From an uncultured bacterium (GTDB lineage: Bacteria; Chloroflexota; UBA5177; JANWHV01), in assembly GCA_963729625.1 (NCBI GenBank), contig CAVSOU010000009.1, positions 64,001 to 128,000 of the forward strand: 64,000 nucleotides of DNA, given 5' to 3'. The position numbers and the translations under genes were made by a program. Within the stretch, counting starts at the first letter, position 1. The number at the start of each line of letters is the position of its first letter. Positions 29,829 to 39,705 of the stretch are shown piece after piece. Below the pieces are notes generated by a model that was given only the letters and a program-made list of their open reading frames with translations, had not been told where the DNA came from and searched no databases.

Positions 29829-30000
29829 AGGTTCCCCCTCGTTTGCCAGTGTTGTCCCTGTGTGGACGTCTGCGCATCAGGCCGGCGGCGAGCGCCTGCT
29901 CAATCGGGCGCATCACGAGTCTCGCCTGGTGGCAGTTGCAGCTCTTGTCGAATATCCAGCAGGAGTATGCTCGGCGATGATGGCAGCAATGTGACAATCG

Positions 30001-30039
30001 GGTAAGTGATGGCTAAGAAGTGGCTAAGGCTTTGCTAAG
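30001..30039. promoter_or_regulatory. Four hexamer direct repeats at exact 11-bp period (OmpR/PhoB-type array)
   Basis: GGTAAG 30001, GCTAAG 30012, 30023, 30034, between divergent genes. Confidence 0.6.
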
Positions 30040-30336
30040 GGTCGAGAGGGCTTCTGTGGCACTCATCCACGCACGCCGCGGACGAGCCTGTCGATCGTGG
30101 TAAGCTCAGATTGTGCCTGCTCCGAAGTGGACGCGGTGGCTAGTCCTTGACGGGTGCTTGGTGACAACCTGGGTGGTACACGGCGGCTACCGGGCTCCGA
30201 CTTGGTGACCGGCGCGCCGTGGCCGTCGAGTGGCGCCAACGCGTATGCGCGGTTGCGGACCGTGGCTCGGTAGCGAGCCGTCCACGATCGAAATGGGTCT
30301 GAGGTGATCGGACATACTGCCGAGGAAGGAACAACT

Positions 30337-31317
30337 ATGAGATGCGTACGGCCAACGTTCATTGCACTGGCGATCTTGTTCAGCGCTTTGCTGCCGTCCG
30401 CACGCGTAGCGGTTAGTCATGCGACGGCCGGTAGCTTCGTCGTGGCCAGTGCCCTTGACGACGGCAGTCCAGGCACGCTGCGCGCTGTGCTGGCCGCCGC
30501 GCCCGCCGGTTCGAGCATCACGTTCGCCCAAAGTCTTGTCGGCAAGACCATCACCTTGAGCCTCGGCCCGCTGATCCCGGTGCACAATGTTGTGATTAGC
30601 GGGCCCGGCAGCAGCAGCTTGGCGTTGTCAGGTGCGTATGGCTTCTGCTTGCTACAAATCAACGCAGGCTTGAACGTAGAGGTTGACGGACTGGCCTTCG
30701 TGGACGGCTGCGCCTCGACCACGCCCCTAGGCGCCTCCATCGTTAATTACGGCACGCTCTACATGCACCATGACATGCTCATGCAGAACACGGGCGCGCT
30801 GGCCGGGGCGATCTACAACACCGGCTACCTGAACGTGTTCAGCAGCACGGTCGTCGACAATGGGGCGGTGCAGAGCCCACCGTATGCCGGCGTGCCCATG
30901 CTGGCGGGCGGCATCGCCAACCTCGGCATCGCGTACCTTGATGGCGACTCGCTGACCGACAACACTGCCGGGAACGAAGGCGCCCTCTACAACAAGGGCA
31001 GTATGGTCGTGAATAACACCATGTTTCTGCGCAACCAAAGTTACGGCGCTGCCGGAAGCATTGCCAATGTCGGAGGCACGCTCGCCGTGGCCAGTTCGGT
31101 GTTTGAGCAGAACAGTTCGGTCTACGGCCAGGGCGGTATCTACAACATGGCCTCGCTCTCGCTCTCCAGCGTGACTATGATGTATAACTCTGGCAAGTAC
31201 TACACGACCATCGTGAACGCCGTACCCGGCACCGTGACTGTTCGCTACTCACGTATCGACGGGACCTGCCTGGGCGTGGTTATTCCGACGTGTCCCGTAC
31301 CGAGCGTCGGCCCGTAG
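30337..31317 (+). CDS. Secreted beta-helix / polymorphic-repeat protein
   Basis: Signal peptide, DDGSPGTLRA...ITF start, repeated GAIYN/GGIAN/GALYN/GGIYN units; AAGGA RBS. Confidence 0.8.
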   Translation: MRCVRPTFIALAILFSALLPSARVAVSHATAGSFVVASALDDGSPGTLRAVLAAAPAGSSITFAQSLVGKTITLSLGPLIPVHNVVISGPGSSSLALSGAYGFCLLQINAGLNVEVDGLAFVDGCASTTPLGASIVNYGTLYMHHDMLMQNTGALAGAIYNTGYLNVFSSTVVDNGAVQSPPYAGVPMLAGGIANLGIAYLDGDSLTDNTAGNEGALYNKGSMVVNNTMFLRNQSYGAAGSIANVGGTLAVASSVFEQNSSVYGQGGIYNMASLSLSSVTMMYNSGKYYTTIVNAVPGTVTVRYSRIDGTCLGVVIPTCPVPSVGP

Positions 31318-31524
31318 TCTGAGCATTCGCATAACGCCGTCAAACCCCGACCAGGCACATCGCCGCGATTCACTTTGCCGCGGACCGACCGCACTCCACC
31401 TGGCGCCCGGCTGCGAGTCCGCCTGTAGGTCGACGGCAAGCATTGAGCATACACGCACCAGGATGTGGTGGCGCCACGTGGCTGCAGTCGGCTGTGACTC
31501 GAGCAGGATGCGCCGGCGGCACGC

Positions 31525-32508
31525 TTAACAATCGCTCGCCCGAAGGCGGAACTTCTGGAAGGTGTGACAATCGGTGGTCACCAAGCCAGTCGGACCGCCG
31601 TGCGTGTGTGTGACCTCCGCCACGTACAGGTCGCCGCGCGAATCAACGCCTATGTCGTGGGGGGCGACGAAATTGCCTGGAGCGCAGCGGTCAGGGCCGC
31701 CCCAGCGAGCGACGAGCCGGCCGGCGCGGTCAAACACGCTTACGCGTCCCGGCTGGTCCGCGACGATCTCACCGTGGACCATTGACCGGTTGCCGACTTG
31801 CCACCAGAGCTCCGCCACGTAGAGGTTCCCTTCGCCGTCGAAGGTCAGGTTCGTAGGCCGCTGCACGTCTGTCCATTGCTCCAGAAATCCTCCATCGGGT
31901 GTGAAGACCTGGACCCGGTCGCTCTCGCGGTCGGCGACGAAGACTCGCCCGTCCCCGGCCACGCAAATTCCGTGCGGCAGGTGGAACTGACCTGGCCCGA
32001 TTCCCGGCTCACCCCAGGACTGGACCAGCTTGCCGTCGGCCGTGAAGCGATGGACCTTGCAGTTACCATAGCCGTCGGATACGTAGATATCGCCACCAGG
32101 CGCGACGGCGACATTGGTCGGCCGGTTGAAGGGCGGACCGCCACGAATGCTCGCCATGTTTCGTCCATCATACCCAGTCTCAGAAGCCAAACCCGGCGCT
32201 CCAATCGTGCCCAGCAGATCACCGCCCCCCGTGAAGACGTAAATGCACTGACTGCCTTCGTCGACACAGTAGACGTGACCGTCCGGAGCGACGGTCAAGC
32301 CGTGGGTACGCGCGGTAAACAAGTCCTTGCCCCAGGAACGGAGGAAGGCGCCCGCTTGGCTATACACGATCACGCGCGACTGATAACGCGTGAGCACGTA
32401 GACGTTGTCCTCGGCGTCGACGCCCACGCCCACGCAATCTCGATGCGTGAAGCCGCTCGGCAGCTGCTCCCACTCCTCGACTACGTCGTACTGCCGCTCC
32501 GCTATCAT
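31525..32508 (-). CDS. NHL-repeat protein, peptidyl-alpha-hydroxyglycine alpha-amidating lyase (PAL) family
   Basis: THGLTV, SDGYGN, FHLPHGI, ADRE, APHDI motifs; GGGAGG RBS. Confidence 0.88.
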   Translation of the reverse strand: MIAERQYDVVEEWEQLPSGFTHRDCVGVGVDAEDNVYVLTRYQSRVIVYSQAGAFLRSWGKDLFTARTHGLTVAPDGHVYCVDEGSQCIYVFTGGGDLLGTIGAPGLASETGYDGRNMASIRGGPPFNRPTNVAVAPGGDIYVSDGYGNCKVHRFTADGKLVQSWGEPGIGPGQFHLPHGICVAGDGRVFVADRESDRVQVFTPDGGFLEQWTDVQRPTNLTFDGEGNLYVAELWWQVGNRSMVHGEIVADQPGRVSVFDRAGRLVARWGGPDRCAPGNFVAPHDIGVDSRGDLYVAEVTHTHGGPTGLVTTDCHTFQKFRLRASDC

Positions 32509-32597
32509 GCTGTTCCTCCCCGTTACGATCTACTTTGTCCCGCTGGAATGCCGGAGTCTGCCCTCACCACCGCTCGAAGCGACGCGGAACTGCACAC

Positions 32598-33842
32598 TCA
32601 AAATGTCACGCGCAGCGCGCTCAGCACGCGTGAATTGGGCTTGTGCACGTCCCAGTCCGGGACGTTGTCGACCAACTGGATGTGCGGAAGACGATCGAGA
32701 AGCGTCTGGAAGACAATTTGGCCCTCGGCGCGGGACAGTGGAGCGCCGATGCAGAAATGAATGCCCCGGCCGAACGCAATATGCCGGTTTGGGGAGCGCA
32801 GGATATCGAATCGTGCGGCGTCGCTGAAGTACGCAGGGTCGCGATTGGCGGCGTTGAGCATCTGGAACACCATTTGTCCAGCACGAAGCTTACGGCCGTC
32901 CAGCTCGGTATCTTGCTTCAGAAGCCGCGGCTGGCGGGCAACGGGACTCTCAAAGCGGAGGATTTCCTCGATCGCCTGTGTGACGAGGGACCGATCATCC
33001 TGAAGCTTCTGCCACTCTCCCGGATGCTGCAGCAGCGTCACGAGTCCGTTGCCGATCAGAGACGTTGTGGTCTCGTGCCCGGCCACCAGGAGAGTGATGC
33101 CCGTGTTGATGATCTCCGCGTCCGACAACACTTCACCATCCGGGCTCCCGGCCGCCATGAGACTGATCAAATCATCCCCAGGATCGCTGCGTCGCTGTGC
33201 CAGGAGAGAGGTCAGATACGCGCGCACCTCGAGCAACGCCTGCTGCGCGGTCAACAGGATCGCCTCGTCGGGCTTGTTCACACCTTGAAAGGCAAGGATG
33301 CGGTCGGCCCAGCTTCGGAAGAGCAAACCATCGGATGTCGGGACGCCGAGCAGGCCGGCCAGGACCGTGACCGGCACCGCGAAGGCGAGGTCCTCGATGA
33401 CCTCCATGCTGCCCGCATCCGCGACACGATCGATCAGGTTGTCGACAATGGATTGGATGTGGGGGCGCATCGCTTCGATGGCGCGAGGGGAGAACGCCTT
33501 CTGAACAAGCCTGCGCAGCCGAGTGTGGTCCGGTGGATCGGAGTGCAGCAACCCCTTGGTGCGGTAGTGATCCTCAAAGGCGCTCAGCTTGGCGCGGGAT
33601 TCCGCAGGGAGATACGCCGTCGCGCGCCCGAGGCGCCCTTCGTTGGAATAGGAGGCCACGTCCATAAAGGTAACCACGATGTCGTCGTAGCGCGTAAGTA
33701 CCCATCCGCCGATCGACTCGCTCCAATGCACTGGGTCTATGTCTCGGAGGCGGTCCAGAATCGCGTATGGCTCCCTGACGAAATCCTCAGACACCAGCAA
33801 ACCGTCAAGCTTCTGCACATCTCCGGTCAGGTCGTACATCAC
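32598..33842 (-). CDS. Cytochrome P450
   Basis: DPPDHTRLR, I-helix AGHETT, EILR (ExxR), heme loop FGRGIHFCIG. Confidence 0.96.
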   Translation of the reverse strand: MMYDLTGDVQKLDGLLVSEDFVREPYAILDRLRDIDPVHWSESIGGWVLTRYDDIVVTFMDVASYSNEGRLGRATAYLPAESRAKLSAFEDHYRTKGLLHSDPPDHTRLRRLVQKAFSPRAIEAMRPHIQSIVDNLIDRVADAGSMEVIEDLAFAVPVTVLAGLLGVPTSDGLLFRSWADRILAFQGVNKPDEAILLTAQQALLEVRAYLTSLLAQRRSDPGDDLISLMAAGSPDGEVLSDAEIINTGITLLVAGHETTTSLIGNGLVTLLQHPGEWQKLQDDRSLVTQAIEEILRFESPVARQPRLLKQDTELDGRKLRAGQMVFQMLNAANRDPAYFSDAARFDILRSPNRHIAFGRGIHFCIGAPLSRAEGQIVFQTLLDRLPHIQLVDNVPDWDVHKPNSRVLSALRVTF

Positions 33843-34208
33843 ATTCCTTTGCGTGTGTTGTTGCCGCGACTCTGGTGGCGCGGAATGAATTGGCTCGTGT
33901 ATCTATCGTTCGTGGTAATCGGCTGGCGCCTCGTCCGGTACGTGTCTGCCAAGCGGCCCTGGCGCACGACCTTACCGTAGGCTGCACCTTCGTACGCTTA
34001 ACAACAGTCATTCTACGCCTACAGAACACAGTTTGGAGCCGGCCGCAGCCGCGCGCACGGCACGCTTGCCACCACGCCCTAATGCCAGGATTGCTGAGCC
34101 TGCTGCAATGGAGTACTGTTGATATCGAGAAACGGATAGCACGAATGGGCTAGTAAATTCTGTCGCGGTGGCGATGTTCGAGAGGCTCGTCAGTCCCGAG
34201 GAAGTGCA

Positions 34209-36068
34209 ATGGAGAGTTTTCCGCAGGGTCCGCAGGTAAAGGATGGGTCCGAACCCGACTTCACGGTCCTGAAGTCGGGTCCTGACGCTGCTCTGGCGGC
34301 TGATGCGCAGCGCCGAGCCGACCACTACTTGCTGCTGAGCGATGCCGGCCGTGAGTTGATGGCGCTGCGCACCGTGCCCGAGGTGTGTGATGCGCTCTAC
34401 GCCCAGACGAAACGGTTGGTCGATTGTTCGGTGTTCTACATTGGCCTACACGCCCAGGAGCGACATGCAGTCGACATCGTGCTGAAGATGGATGCCGGAA
34501 TCGCCTATCCCCTGAGCGCTGTCCGCGCGGTGGAGACGCAAATCTGGAGGGCAATCACCACCAAGCAGCCGATTGTGCGGCACGTGGAAGCCGTCGAGCA
34601 GCCCTCCCCGGTCGGTAATAGCGCACCACGACTTCGTTCAGCATTGTTTGTGCCCATGGTCAGTGGGGATCGCGTGGTTGGCGTGGTTGCAGCGCACAGC
34701 TTCCGCGAGCGCGCCTACGATCAGGAAGACACCCTCGTGATGCAGGCGTTCGCCAAGCAGGCAGCCGTAGCAATCGATAACGCCCGCTTGTTTGAGCAGG
34801 CCCGCTCGTGGGCGTCGCGGCTGGAAGCGATTCAACAGGTTGGCGCCGACCTGCAGCAGTGTGGCACGGCGAGCGAGATCGGCGCGGCGGCCGCGCGGGC
34901 GATGCAAGCGCTGATCCCGCTTGACACCTACCGCATCATGCTCGTCGAAGATGACTCGCAAGATCTGCTGACGCTGACCTCTGGCTCGACAGCTGGGCCA
35001 GACGATGGCGTGCAGGCTGGCGACCTTCGCGTGCCCAAAGGAGAAGGCCCTTTCGGGCTTTGCGCTTCGCAAGGCGATGTCGTGCTGATCAACGACGCCA
35101 CGGTTGAATCGGCGAGCCAAGCGGCTTCCTCTGCCCCCCCAGCCGCGCAATCGATCCTCGCAGTGCCGTTGCGCCATCACAAGGCCGTATTTGGCGTTGT
35201 GGGCGTGACCGCACAAGGCCACGACCGGTATCGCGCGGAGCACGGACGTTTGTTACAGCTTGTCGCCGACCATGTGGCGTCGGCCGTCTTCACCACGCTG
35301 GTAATCGAGCGGACGAACCACCGACTTGATCGGTTCAACGAGCTCGACCAAATGCACACGGAGTTCATGTCCGTGGTGCGCCACGAGCTTCGTACGCCGC
35401 TGACCAGCATTCTCGGATTCACCGAAATGCTGCTGCACTTTTGGGATCGATTGACCATCCTGCGCCAGAAGGAGATGGTATCCACAATCCAGGTATCCAC
35501 CAGTCGCTTGCAACGTCTCGTGGACGACCTGTTTTCGAGTTCGCGTCTTGGCGACGCCGCCCTGTCGCTCACGCTCGAATCGGTCGACTTGGCGGCCCAG
35601 ATCAGACAGGCAATAGTGGAGATCACGACAACACATCGAGGACAGGTCGTCGTGCAAGAGGCGCCGCCCGAAGCACTGTCGGTGCGCGCAGACGCCCACA
35701 GGGTGCAGCAGGTGATCGTGAATTTGCTGGACAACGCGGCGAAGTACAGTCCCGAAGGAAGCCCGATCGCCGTTCGCTGGCGAGTCGCCGGCGATTTCGC
35801 GGAGGTCTCCGTCGAGGACTCAGGCCCGGGCATTGCCGACTCGGACATGGCAACGCTCTTCACCCGGTTTGGAAGGATAGAGCGGACGATACGACCGGGC
35901 CAATCCGGCACGGGCTTGGGTCTCTATATCTCACGCCAGCTCGTCGAGGCGATGGGCGGCGCCATCTGGGTGGACACGGAAGTCGGGCACGGCAGCACAT
36001 TTTCATTCCGGTTGCCGCTTGCGCGCGAACTGCCGGATTCTCCTGCCACGGAACACGCGGCGCAATAA
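34209..36068 (+). CDS. Cytoplasmic GAF-GAF sensor histidine kinase
   Basis: Two GAF-like segments, H-box HELRTPLTSI, N-box NLLDNAAKYS, DSGPGI, GTGLGL; no TM. Confidence 0.93.
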   Translation: MESFPQGPQVKDGSEPDFTVLKSGPDAALAADAQRRADHYLLLSDAGRELMALRTVPEVCDALYAQTKRLVDCSVFYIGLHAQERHAVDIVLKMDAGIAYPLSAVRAVETQIWRAITTKQPIVRHVEAVEQPSPVGNSAPRLRSALFVPMVSGDRVVGVVAAHSFRERAYDQEDTLVMQAFAKQAAVAIDNARLFEQARSWASRLEAIQQVGADLQQCGTASEIGAAAARAMQALIPLDTYRIMLVEDDSQDLLTLTSGSTAGPDDGVQAGDLRVPKGEGPFGLCASQGDVVLINDATVESASQAASSAPPAAQSILAVPLRHHKAVFGVVGVTAQGHDRYRAEHGRLLQLVADHVASAVFTTLVIERTNHRLDRFNELDQMHTEFMSVVRHELRTPLTSILGFTEMLLHFWDRLTILRQKEMVSTIQVSTSRLQRLVDDLFSSSRLGDAALSLTLESVDLAAQIRQAIVEITTTHRGQVVVQEAPPEALSVRADAHRVQQVIVNLLDNAAKYSPEGSPIAVRWRVAGDFAEVSVEDSGPGIADSDMATLFTRFGRIERTIRPGQSGTGLGLYISRQLVEAMGGAIWVDTEVGHGSTFSFRLPLARELPDSPATEHAAQ

Positions 36069-36422
36069 GCCGTCCCTCGAGACTTGCCGGCGGGCGGATC
36101 CGTGACTGGTGTCGTCGAGCGCTGAGCGGTCCTCCGGAAGCAGCCAACGCCTCCCCGTGACACCGAAGAACTCCCTCCGAGCGCGGTGAAGACCTCGACC
36201 GTGAACTGGTAGGGGTGTGCGCAGACGGCCTGCTCCGGCCAACTCTCGCTTGCAGGGCACCGCTGCCGCGACAGTATGGCGCAGCGTCTGCCGAGGGACG
36301 GGCGTTGACTCGATGCTGCTGCCCTGGTTGCCGACTCGCAAGGACGTCCACGCCGCCTGCGACGGCTTGCGCCAGGCACCGCGACAACCGTAGGCTGAAG
36401 GTGCAAGCATGCGTGGTCCAGA

Positions 36423-36557
36423 ATTCGAGAGCACACCGTACCGGGGCTTCGCCGGGCCGGAGCCGACACCATCGTGATGGGATCGCTCGCCTTCAACGCG
36501 GAGAATCTCCGTGACCGCATGACTTGGGTTCATGCACTATGCAAGGAGGCAGCCTGA
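36423..36557 (+). pseudogene. 3' remnant of a ribulose-phosphate 3-epimerase-family gene
   Basis: Not in ORF track; translates IREHTVPGLRRAGADTIVMGSLAFNAENLRDRMTWVHALCKEAA*, like the Rpe C-terminus; stop overlaps ROK start (TGATG). Confidence 0.7.
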
Positions 36558-37534
36558 TGGCGCGGGTGCTCACAATCGGCATCGATCTCGGAGGCACTCA
36601 GGTGCGTGCGGGATTGGTGGAGCATGGCCGGGTTCTACGACGGGCTGCGACCGGCACGGATGTTCTCGGTGGCCCGACCGCCGTCATCGATCAGTTTAGG
36701 CAGCTTATAGAGCGAATCTGCGGTAAGAACGACCGAGAACCATTCGCCGGCATTGGAGTCGCGGCTCCCGGGCCGCTCGACAGCGAGACCGGCACCGTCA
36801 TCCACATCCCAACACTTCCGGGGTGGGAGAACCTCGCGCTGCGAGATATCCTCGCTGCTGAATTCGGTGTGCCGGTTGTCGTCGAGAACGACGGCATTGC
36901 CGCGGCATATGGGGAGTGGCAATTCGGGTCGGGGCAAGGCTTGCGGCATCTGGTCTATGTGACCGTCAGCACCGGGATCGGCGGAGGCATCGTTCTGGAT
37001 GGCCGCCTATTGCACGGTCGCCGCGGCATGGCCGGTCACGTCGGGCATTTCAGGATGGCGGCTGATGGGCCTCGGTGTTCGTGCGGAGCAACCGCCTGTT
37101 TCGAAGCGCTGGCAGCCGGTGCCGCACTCGACCGCCGGGCCAGAAAGGCAGCGCGCGACAGCCCGGCCGGTTGGCTGGGGACCCGGTCGGTCACGAAAAC
37201 TATCGACGCTCGAGACGTGGCCGACGGCGCTCGACGTGGCGACCCAGCGTGCCTCGCCCTCATGCGAGAGGAGGCGAGCTATCTTGGGGCGGGTTTCACC
37301 GGACTCATCCATCTCTACAGCCCGGAGCGTGTGATCATGGGTGGGGGGGTGTCACAAGCGTTTGATCTGCTGGAGCCTGATATTCGAGCCGTGGTCCAGC
37401 GCGACGCATTGCCGCCTTTCAAGAATGTGCCAGTCGTTCGCGCTGGACTCGGCGACGACTGCGGCCTGGTCGGCGCCGCGGAGCTCGCCCTCGCGGCACA
37501 TTCGAACAAGCAAAGGCCGATCGAGCAGTGTTAA
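36557..37534 (+). CDS. ROK family sugar kinase
   Basis: GIDLGGT, APGP, VENDG, STGIGGG, CSCGATACFE; AGGAGG RBS. Confidence 0.93.
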   Translation: MARVLTIGIDLGGTQVRAGLVEHGRVLRRAATGTDVLGGPTAVIDQFRQLIERICGKNDREPFAGIGVAAPGPLDSETGTVIHIPTLPGWENLALRDILAAEFGVPVVVENDGIAAAYGEWQFGSGQGLRHLVYVTVSTGIGGGIVLDGRLLHGRRGMAGHVGHFRMAADGPRCSCGATACFEALAAGAALDRRARKAARDSPAGWLGTRSVTKTIDARDVADGARRGDPACLALMREEASYLGAGFTGLIHLYSPERVIMGGGVSQAFDLLEPDIRAVVQRDALPPFKNVPVVRAGLGDDCGLVGAAELALAAHSNKQRPIEQC

Positions 37535-37577
37535 CCATGGAACATGGCCGCATCGTCGCGGCAGTGAGGAGAGGGAG

Positions 37578-38345
37578 ATGGATGTACTCGCGTCCTTCGC
37601 ATTGACGGATAAGGTGGCCATCGTCACGGGGGGCAACACCGGTCTCGGCGAGGCATTCGCGCACGCTCTGGCCGGGGTCGGGGCGCGCGTGGCCGTCGCG
37701 GCGCGCAACCCAGAGCATAACAACTTGGTCGTGCGGGCGATCGAAGCGGCTGGTGGCGCCGCCATCGCCGTGGCTGTGGATGTACGTGAGCGGGCGAGCG
37801 TGGAGAGGATGCTGAACGAAGTCACGAATCAGCTCGGTCCCGTCGACGTGCTGGTGAACAACGCCGGTGTTTGCTATCATCGCCCGGCACTCGACGTGCC
37901 CGATGAGGAGTGGCATGAGGTCTTCAACGTGAACGTGCACGGCCTGTGGCATTGCGCCCAGACCGTGGGCCGGCAGATGGTCGAGCGGCGAAGCGGGGTC
38001 ATCGTCAATATCGGCTCGCTTTCTGCGCTCATCGTGAACCGGCCGCAAATGCAGCCAGCGTACAATGCCTCCAAGGCGGCGGTCCATCAGCTCACCAAGT
38101 CCTTGGCGGCAGAATGGGCGCCCTTCAACGTGCGCGTTAACGCGCTCGTCCCCGGCTACGTAAAGACGGGCATGGCGGCGGTCGATCGTCCGGAGTTCCG
38201 GCGCCACTGGATCGAGGACACGCCGATGCAACGCTATGCGTTGCCGGAAGAAATCGCGCCCTCGTTGATTTATCTCGCATCCGATGCCTCGCGTTTCATG
38301 ACCGGATCCGCGCTGATCATCGATGGTGGCTACACACTCTGGTAG
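37578..38345 (+). CDS. Short-chain dehydrogenase/reductase (polyol dehydrogenase-like)
   Basis: VTGGNTGLG, NNAG, VNRPQMQPAYNASK. Confidence 0.92.
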   Translation: MDVLASFALTDKVAIVTGGNTGLGEAFAHALAGVGARVAVAARNPEHNNLVVRAIEAAGGAAIAVAVDVRERASVERMLNEVTNQLGPVDVLVNNAGVCYHRPALDVPDEEWHEVFNVNVHGLWHCAQTVGRQMVERRSGVIVNIGSLSALIVNRPQMQPAYNASKAAVHQLTKSLAAEWAPFNVRVNALVPGYVKTGMAAVDRPEFRRHWIEDTPMQRYALPEEIAPSLIYLASDASRFMTGSALIIDGGYTLW

Positions 38346-38475
38346 CGGTGCCGCTCACGGGCAGACACCTTGAAGCTCGACGAGGCGTGATACTGATGCA
38401 GCAGCAGGTCGGCGACGGCGTGCGTCGTGCCACTGTTGCTGCCTGGTTCGCAGGTGCGGTAAGGAGTATTTCAGC

Positions 38476-39705
38476 ATGTCCAGGCAACTTCGCGTCGGCA
38501 TTGTTGGGTGTGGGCGGATCCTGAATGCTCACTTGAACGGATACAAGGCGCTGCTCGGTGCTGGCATCAGCGACGTGATCATCACGGACCTGTGCTCTCG
38601 CCAGGAGGAAGATGCCTACAGATTCGTCGCTCCGGGCGGGCCACCGCCGCTTCCACGCGGGAGTGCGGATGATGGTGACCCATTGAATGCGCCGCAAGTC
38701 TACCTCAACCACCTCTTTCCCGATCAGCATGTTCGAGTGTGGACGGACGCCGCACGCATGATCGACGAGGCCGATATCGATGTGGTGGATATCACCACCT
38801 CAGTGCTGGCCCACAGTTCGATAGCGACCCACGCCGCATCGCGCGCCAAGCACGTGATGGTGGAGAAGCCTATGGCCGCGTCGGTTGCCGCCGCACACGA
38901 CATGGTCGAGCAGGCAGCCAGGGCCGGCACCGTGTTGGCAGTGATGGAGAACGTGCGCTATGAAGCTCAGGTGCTCTTGGGACATTGGTTGGTCGAGCGT
39001 GGCTACCTGGGCCGCGTGGAGATGGCGGCAGCCGCATACCTGGGCAGCTGGTGGAGTCCCGATGCAATCGTGGCGCATACAGCTTGGCGCCATCGCCGTG
39101 CGGAGGCTGGAGCCGGGATCAGCTTCGATCTCGGTGTTCATTTCTTCCAGCAACTGCGCTGGGTGTGCGGTCCCATCGCACGCGTCTACGGGACTGTCCG
39201 GACATTCGAGCCCGTACGCTACCGGCGGAGCGATGACGGGTCTGTGGTACAGCGCGTCGATGCGGACGCCGACGACACGATGTTTTGCCAAGTCGAGTTC
39301 GAGAACGGCGCCGTCGGGCACGTGAGCGCCTCCTGGGCGGCCCATGGCGTCGCGACCGAACTACCCGGCGGCTTCGCCGTGTACGGCAGCAAAGGCTGCC
39401 TGCGCGGCGAAGAGCTCTATCTGGACGGTCAGGGAGTGATCGCCCTCGCCGACTTCTTTGCCACGCATGCGAGCGACGCGGAGAAGGCTGCTCTTTTCCC
39501 TTTCGGTATGCACGATTCCTTCGCCTTGGCGTATCTGGACTTCTTTCGTGCGATTCGAGAGGGGAAGACGCCGCCCTACGACGGGGTCGAGGGACTTACG
39601 GACCTCGCCTGGGCCGCGGCGGTACTGGCCTCGTCGCTTGAGCGCGTGCCAATGACTGCGCAGGAACTGATTCGCCGCCGATCAGACTTTGCCGCCGGGC
39701 TTTGA
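38476..39705 (+). CDS. Gfo/Idh/MocA family oxidoreductase
   Basis: GIVGCG, VEKP, MEN, DLGVH; AAGGAG RBS. Confidence 0.92.
   Translation: MSRQLRVGIVGCGRILNAHLNGYKALLGAGISDVIITDLCSRQEEDAYRFVAPGGPPPLPRGSADDGDPLNAPQVYLNHLFPDQHVRVWTDAARMIDEADIDVVDITTSVLAHSSIATHAASRAKHVMVEKPMAASVAAAHDMVEQAARAGTVLAVMENVRYEAQVLLGHWLVERGYLGRVEMAAAAYLGSWWSPDAIVAHTAWRHRRAEAGAGISFDLGVHFFQQLRWVCGPIARVYGTVRTFEPVRYRRSDDGSVVQRVDADADDTMFCQVEFENGAVGHVSASWAAHGVATELPGGFAVYGSKGCLRGEELYLDGQGVIALADFFATHASDAEKAALFPFGMHDSFALAYLDFFRAIREGKTPPYDGVEGLTDLAWAAAVLASSLERVPMTAQELIRRRSDFAAGL

Noticed and set aside
36121-36150. SRP RNA (GGAAGCAGCC)
   Set aside because: Lacks the TCAGG...GGAA domain IV hairpin and flanking helix
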